Assembly: GCA_020724885.1 (NCBI GenBank)
Contig: DYGD01000004.1
Location: 2,239-61,279 of the forward strand
Length of the DNA stretch: 59,041 nucleotides
Reading direction: 5' to 3'
Origin: Candidatus Paceibacter sp.
GTDB taxonomy: Bacteria; Patescibacteriota; Minisyncoccia; Phycocordibacterales; BOKC01
The position numbers and the translations under genes were made by a program. Below the pieces are notes generated by a model that worked only from the letters and a program-made list of their open reading frames with translations, was not told where the DNA came from and made no database searches. Shown here piece after piece: positions 55,806-59,041 of this stretch (its first letter is position 1; each line of letters opens with the position of its first letter).

Positions 55806-58749
55806 CGGGGGTCAATACGATGTTCAATACTTTGCCTTTCACATAAATAACCTTTTTGATTTCTTTACCAACTATCCATTTTTGTACCGCCTCTTGAGAT
55901 AGTGCCATTTCTTTAATTTTCTCCTCGGATTCCTGCCCCTCTGCTTCCATTACCGCCCTGACTTTGCCGTTAATTTGGATAGCGATAGTTGTCATATTCC
56001 TCCCTATTTTCTTAGGGTTAAATTTTGGCCACTTTTCTTGGTGAATTGATGATTTTTTCTTTAAAACTGCTTGCCACAACTCTTCTGTCAGATGCGGCGC
56101 AAAAGGTGCAAGCAATATGAGCAGTGTTTCAAATTCTTTTTTAGATATTGTATTTTGCTTTGCCAAAGCATTTGTAAAAATCATGAGCGCGCTTACCGCG
56201 GTATTCATCTTTAAGCTTTGAATGTCTTCACCAACTTTTTTTATTGTCCGGTTGAATAAAATTTCATCTTTAACATTTTCTCCTTCTGTAACTTTTTCTC
56301 GCAATTTCCAAACCCTTTCCAAAAATCTTCTAACCCCGACAATACCGTCCGTTGACCAAGGATAATGTCCTGTTTCGTTGAAAGGTCCGATAAAAGATAG
56401 ATAAGTTCTAACCGTGTCGGCGCCGAGATTTCGGACAATTTCATCCGGGTCAACAACATTGCCTTTTGATTTGCTCATTTTGTTGCCGTCCGGCCCTAAA
56501 ATCAGCCCGCGATTCATCCGCATTTTGTATGGCTCTTTGTCTTTTACCAGACCAAGGTCATATAGAGCTTTCTGCCAAAATCTGGAATACAAAAGATGCA
56601 TCGTGTTGTGTTCGGCCCCGCCGGAATAGAAATCTACCGGCATCCAATCCTCCATTTTCTTTTTATCGGCAAATTCTTTTTTATTTTTCGGGTCGGTGTA
56701 GCGGAGAAAATACCAAGAAGAATCAACAAAAGTGTCTAAAGTGTCGGTTTCCCTTTCCGCCTTTCCTTTGCAATTCGGGCATTTAACGCTAACCCACTTT
56801 TCCGCTTTGGCGAGCGGCGACTTGCCGTCATTTCGTGGTAGGTAATCTTTTATTTCCGGTAATTTCACCGGCAAATCTTTGTCCGGCACAGGAACCTGTC
56901 CGCATTTTTCGCAGTGAATTATTGGAATCGGCACACCCCAGTATCTCTGCCGCGACACTCCCCAATCTCGGAGCTTGTAGGTGGTTTTTTTAGTGCCTCC
57001 GACGAACTTTATAATTTCATCTTTGGCTTTTTCTGAATCCAAATCGTTAAATTCAGAAGAATTTATAAGTTTTCCGTTCCCAGAAAAGACATATTTCCTA
57101 TTTTTTATATTTGCCACTATCTCTGGTAATTCTGAGATAGGCCAAAATGTTTTTTCTAAATCAGAAGTTGGTACCCAGTTTACAGTATGTTTTTCTGATT
57201 CTTCCTCGGACAATTTATCTTGTTCCAAATCTTCTAACTCTACTATAAAAACCTGGACATGCGCATCTCGGTTAATGTCTTTGTGTTCAGCGTAAAATTG
57301 AGATCGTATCTCCCAACCAAGTTTTTCAACTTTTCTAAAATTTTTAAATCCGGTTTCTTCCCGAACCTCTCTTATTACCGCTTCTTCAAATGATTCTCCT
57401 TCTTCTACCCCGCCTATTACCAGTGTTTTCCAGGGCATTTTTTTCCAGTGGATTTGTACTATTTCATCTTTTTCCGGGTGTTTAATTACAGCTTGGACGG
57501 CTTTTCTTGGGGACCATTTTTTTTCTTCTTTCGGTGGGTTGTCTTTATCTATAAAAAATGGAGCAATAACTTGCTTTATCGGCAAATTATATTTCTTGGC
57601 AAACTCAAGGTCCCTTTCATCATGAGCCGGCACAGCCATGATGGCGCCCGTACCGTATCCTGACAATACATAATCAGCAACAAAAATAGGAATTTCTTCT
57701 TTTGTGGCTGGGTTTATTGCTTTTATTCCCTTGAGTTCTACGCCGGTTTTTTCCCGATTTTCAGCAGTGCGTTCGATTTCAGTTTTCTTTTTTGATTGTT
57801 CGATATATCGAATGACTTCATCCCAGTTTGTAATTTGATGATTGTAATTTGGAATTTTCTCGTGCTCTGGCGAGAGAACGAGGTATGTTGCACCGAAAAT
57901 TGTATCCGGTCGCGTGGTAAAAACGGGAATTTGAGATTTGGAATTTGAGATTTGGAATTTTATTTCTGCTCCTTCTGATTTCCCTATCCAATTTCTCTGG
58001 CTCTCTTTTATCGGTTCCGGCCACTGCAATTCATCTAAATCATTTAAAAGTTGTTCGGCATAATCAGTAATTTTTAGATTCCACTGTAAAATATTTTTTT
58101 TCTCAACTTCGCTATCGCATCGTTCACACCGGCCACTTACGACTTGCTCGTTGGCGAGTACAGTTTTACAGCTCGGACACCAATTTGCCTGGGTTTCTTT
58201 TTGGTAAGCCAAGTTCTTTTTGAAAAGATGTAAAAACATCCATTGTGTCCAGCGATAATATTCTGGGTCGGCCGTGATAATCTTTCTGTCCCAGTCAAAA
58301 GACGCTCCCATGCTTCGGAGCTGATTCTCCATATATTTAATATTGTCATAAGTCCATTTTTTAGGATTAAGACCTCTCTTAATGGCCGCGTTTTCTGCCG
58401 GCAGGCCAAAGGCGTCAAAACCAATCGGAAACATGACATTCATTCCCCACATTCTTTTGTATCGGGCGAATATATCCGGCACCGAAAAAGCGTACCAGTG
58501 TCCAACGTGCAAATTACCGGAAGGATAAGGTATTTCCACCAAGGTGTAAAAATTTTGTTTACTTCTATTTTTATCGGCAGCTTTATAGATTTTTTTGTTT
58601 TCCCAATACCTTCTCCATTTTCTTTCAATAACTTTGTGATCATATTCTTTTTGCTTACCCCGTAAGAAACCCGCCTCCTTTTGGCGGTCAGCGGAAAGTT
58701 TCTTGTGGGGCCACTTTTTTTCTATTTTTTGATGGTTGTAGTTTTGCAT
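55789..58749 (-). CDS. leuS: leucyl-tRNA synthetase with an inserted Nudix domain
   Basis: HVGH (HIGH), CP1 editing motifs TTRPDTIFGATY and GTGAIMAVPAHDERD, KMSKS (NKMSKSKGN). Extra Nudix box GGVEEGESFEEAVIREVREETG at aa 446-467. 986 aa. Confidence 0.95.
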   Translation of the reverse strand: MQNYNHQKIEKKWPHKKLSADRQKEAGFLRGKQKEYDHKVIERKWRRYWENKKIYKAADKNRSKQNFYTLVEIPYPSGNLHVGHWYAFSVPDIFARYKRMWGMNVMFPIGFDAFGLPAENAAIKRGLNPKKWTYDNIKYMENQLRSMGASFDWDRKIITADPEYYRWTQWMFLHLFKKNLAYQKETQANWCPSCKTVLANEQVVSGRCERCDSEVEKKNILQWNLKITDYAEQLLNDLDELQWPEPIKESQRNWIGKSEGAEIKFQISNSKSQIPVFTTRPDTIFGATYLVLSPEHEKIPNYNHQITNWDEVIRYIEQSKKKTEIERTAENREKTGVELKGIKAINPATKEEIPIFVADYVLSGYGTGAIMAVPAHDERDLEFAKKYNLPIKQVIAPFFIDKDNPPKEEKKWSPRKAVQAVIKHPEKDEIVQIHWKKMPWKTLVIGGVEEGESFEEAVIREVREETGFKNFRKVEKLGWEIRSQFYAEHKDINRDAHVQVFIVELEDLEQDKLSEEESEKHTVNWVPTSDLEKTFWPISELPEIVANIKNRKYVFSGNGKLINSSEFNDLDSEKAKDEIIKFVGGTKKTTYKLRDWGVSRQRYWGVPIPIIHCEKCGQVPVPDKDLPVKLPEIKDYLPRNDGKSPLAKAEKWVSVKCPNCKGKAERETDTLDTFVDSSWYFLRYTDPKNKKEFADKKKMEDWMPVDFYSGGAEHNTMHLLYSRFWQKALYDLGLVKDKEPYKMRMNRGLILGPDGNKMSKSKGNVVDPDEIVRNLGADTVRTYLSFIGPFNETGHYPWSTDGIVGVRRFLERVWKLREKVTEGENVKDEILFNRTIKKVGEDIQSLKMNTAVSALMIFTNALAKQNTISKKEFETLLILLAPFAPHLTEELWQAVLKKKSSIHQEKWPKFNPKKIGRNMTTIAIQINGKVRAVMEAEGQESEEKIKEMALSQEAVQKWIVGKEIKKVIYVKGKVLNIVLTPAPTFA

Positions 58750-58788
58750 TGATAATAGAAATCATACAAGAAAAGTTAATTTTTGGAA

Positions 58789-58822
58789 AACAAAAAAGCC
58801 GCGCTGTTTGCACAGACACGGC
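58789..58822 (-). terminator. strand-specific rho-independent terminator between the repeats and leuS
   Basis: The minus strand reads GCCGUGUCUGU-GCAA-ACAGCGCGGC (with G-U pairs, so it folds only on this strand), followed by UUUUUUGUUUU. Confidence 0.5.
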
Positions 58823-58840
58823 CCTCGTTCACCACACACA

Positions 58841-59028
58841 CCTTGACCTTCTTCCGTCTTTAGAGGGTTCCCTCACTCGCGTTCCGCACGGCTCGGGGTT
58901 CTCTTCTGTAAGAGCTAGTAGCCGACCACCCTTCCTCTGTTGAGGGGGTTCCCTCACAAGGGGCTATGAAAATAATCGAGGGAACCGAGTAGCCGACCCC
59001 CCTTCCTCTGTTGAGGGGGTTCCCTCAC
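58841..59028. repeat. two 40-nt direct repeats (1 mismatch, 71-nt period) plus one degenerate copy; array may continue beyond the window
   Basis: GTAGCCGACC(A/C)CCCTTCCTCTGTTGAGGGGGTTCCCTCAC at 58918-58957 and 58989-59028. A degenerate copy ends at 58876 (..CTTCCGTCTTTAGAGGGTTCCCTCAC). Confidence 0.8.
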
Positions 59029-59041
59029 CAGTCCAAAATGA

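Overview
Gene-dense 59-kb block of low-GC bacterial housekeeping genes, almost all on the minus strand. Gene content: miaA, parB, rel, topA, recR, dnaB, cysS, gltX, murG-ftsW-mraY, scpAB, aspS, trpS, dnaJ-dnaK-grpE, the infA-rpmJ-rpsM-rpsK-rpsD-rpoA-rplQ-rplM-rpsI ribosomal block, alaS, a DNA-repair cluster, mltG and leuS. The shortened AlaRS and AspRS, many genes without a Shine-Dalgarno (SD) sequence, a sigma-region-4/HARE-HTH protein and many small membrane ORFans suggest a Patescibacteria/CPR-like genome; that is inference only. No rRNA, transposase, phage block or cas gene is visible. Accessory content is a RelE/ParE toxin-antitoxin pair at the left edge, a type II restriction-modification (R-M) cassette with an HNH-type nuclease, and several visibly GC-richer single-gene cassettes that carry their own promoter, canonical SD and terminator. 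The observations most worth a second look are: (1) a complete tRNA-Leu(CAA) nested inside a second tRNA-Leu-like gene whose helices are all intact but which carries two insertions, so it is a possible split tRNA; (2) a complete Nudix hydrolase domain inserted in LeuRS; (3) a 31-bp perfect inverted repeat bracketing a three-gene repair cassette and duplicating the Cys motif of a Cas4-like nuclease; (4) a 240-bp highly structured insert between rpsM and rpsK; (5) a membrane-cupredoxin-beta-propeller fusion next to a small cupredoxin; (6) 40-nt direct repeats at the right edge that are CRISPR-like but ambiguous. All coordinates of hand-called features were counted manually from the printed sequence and may be off by 1-2 nt.
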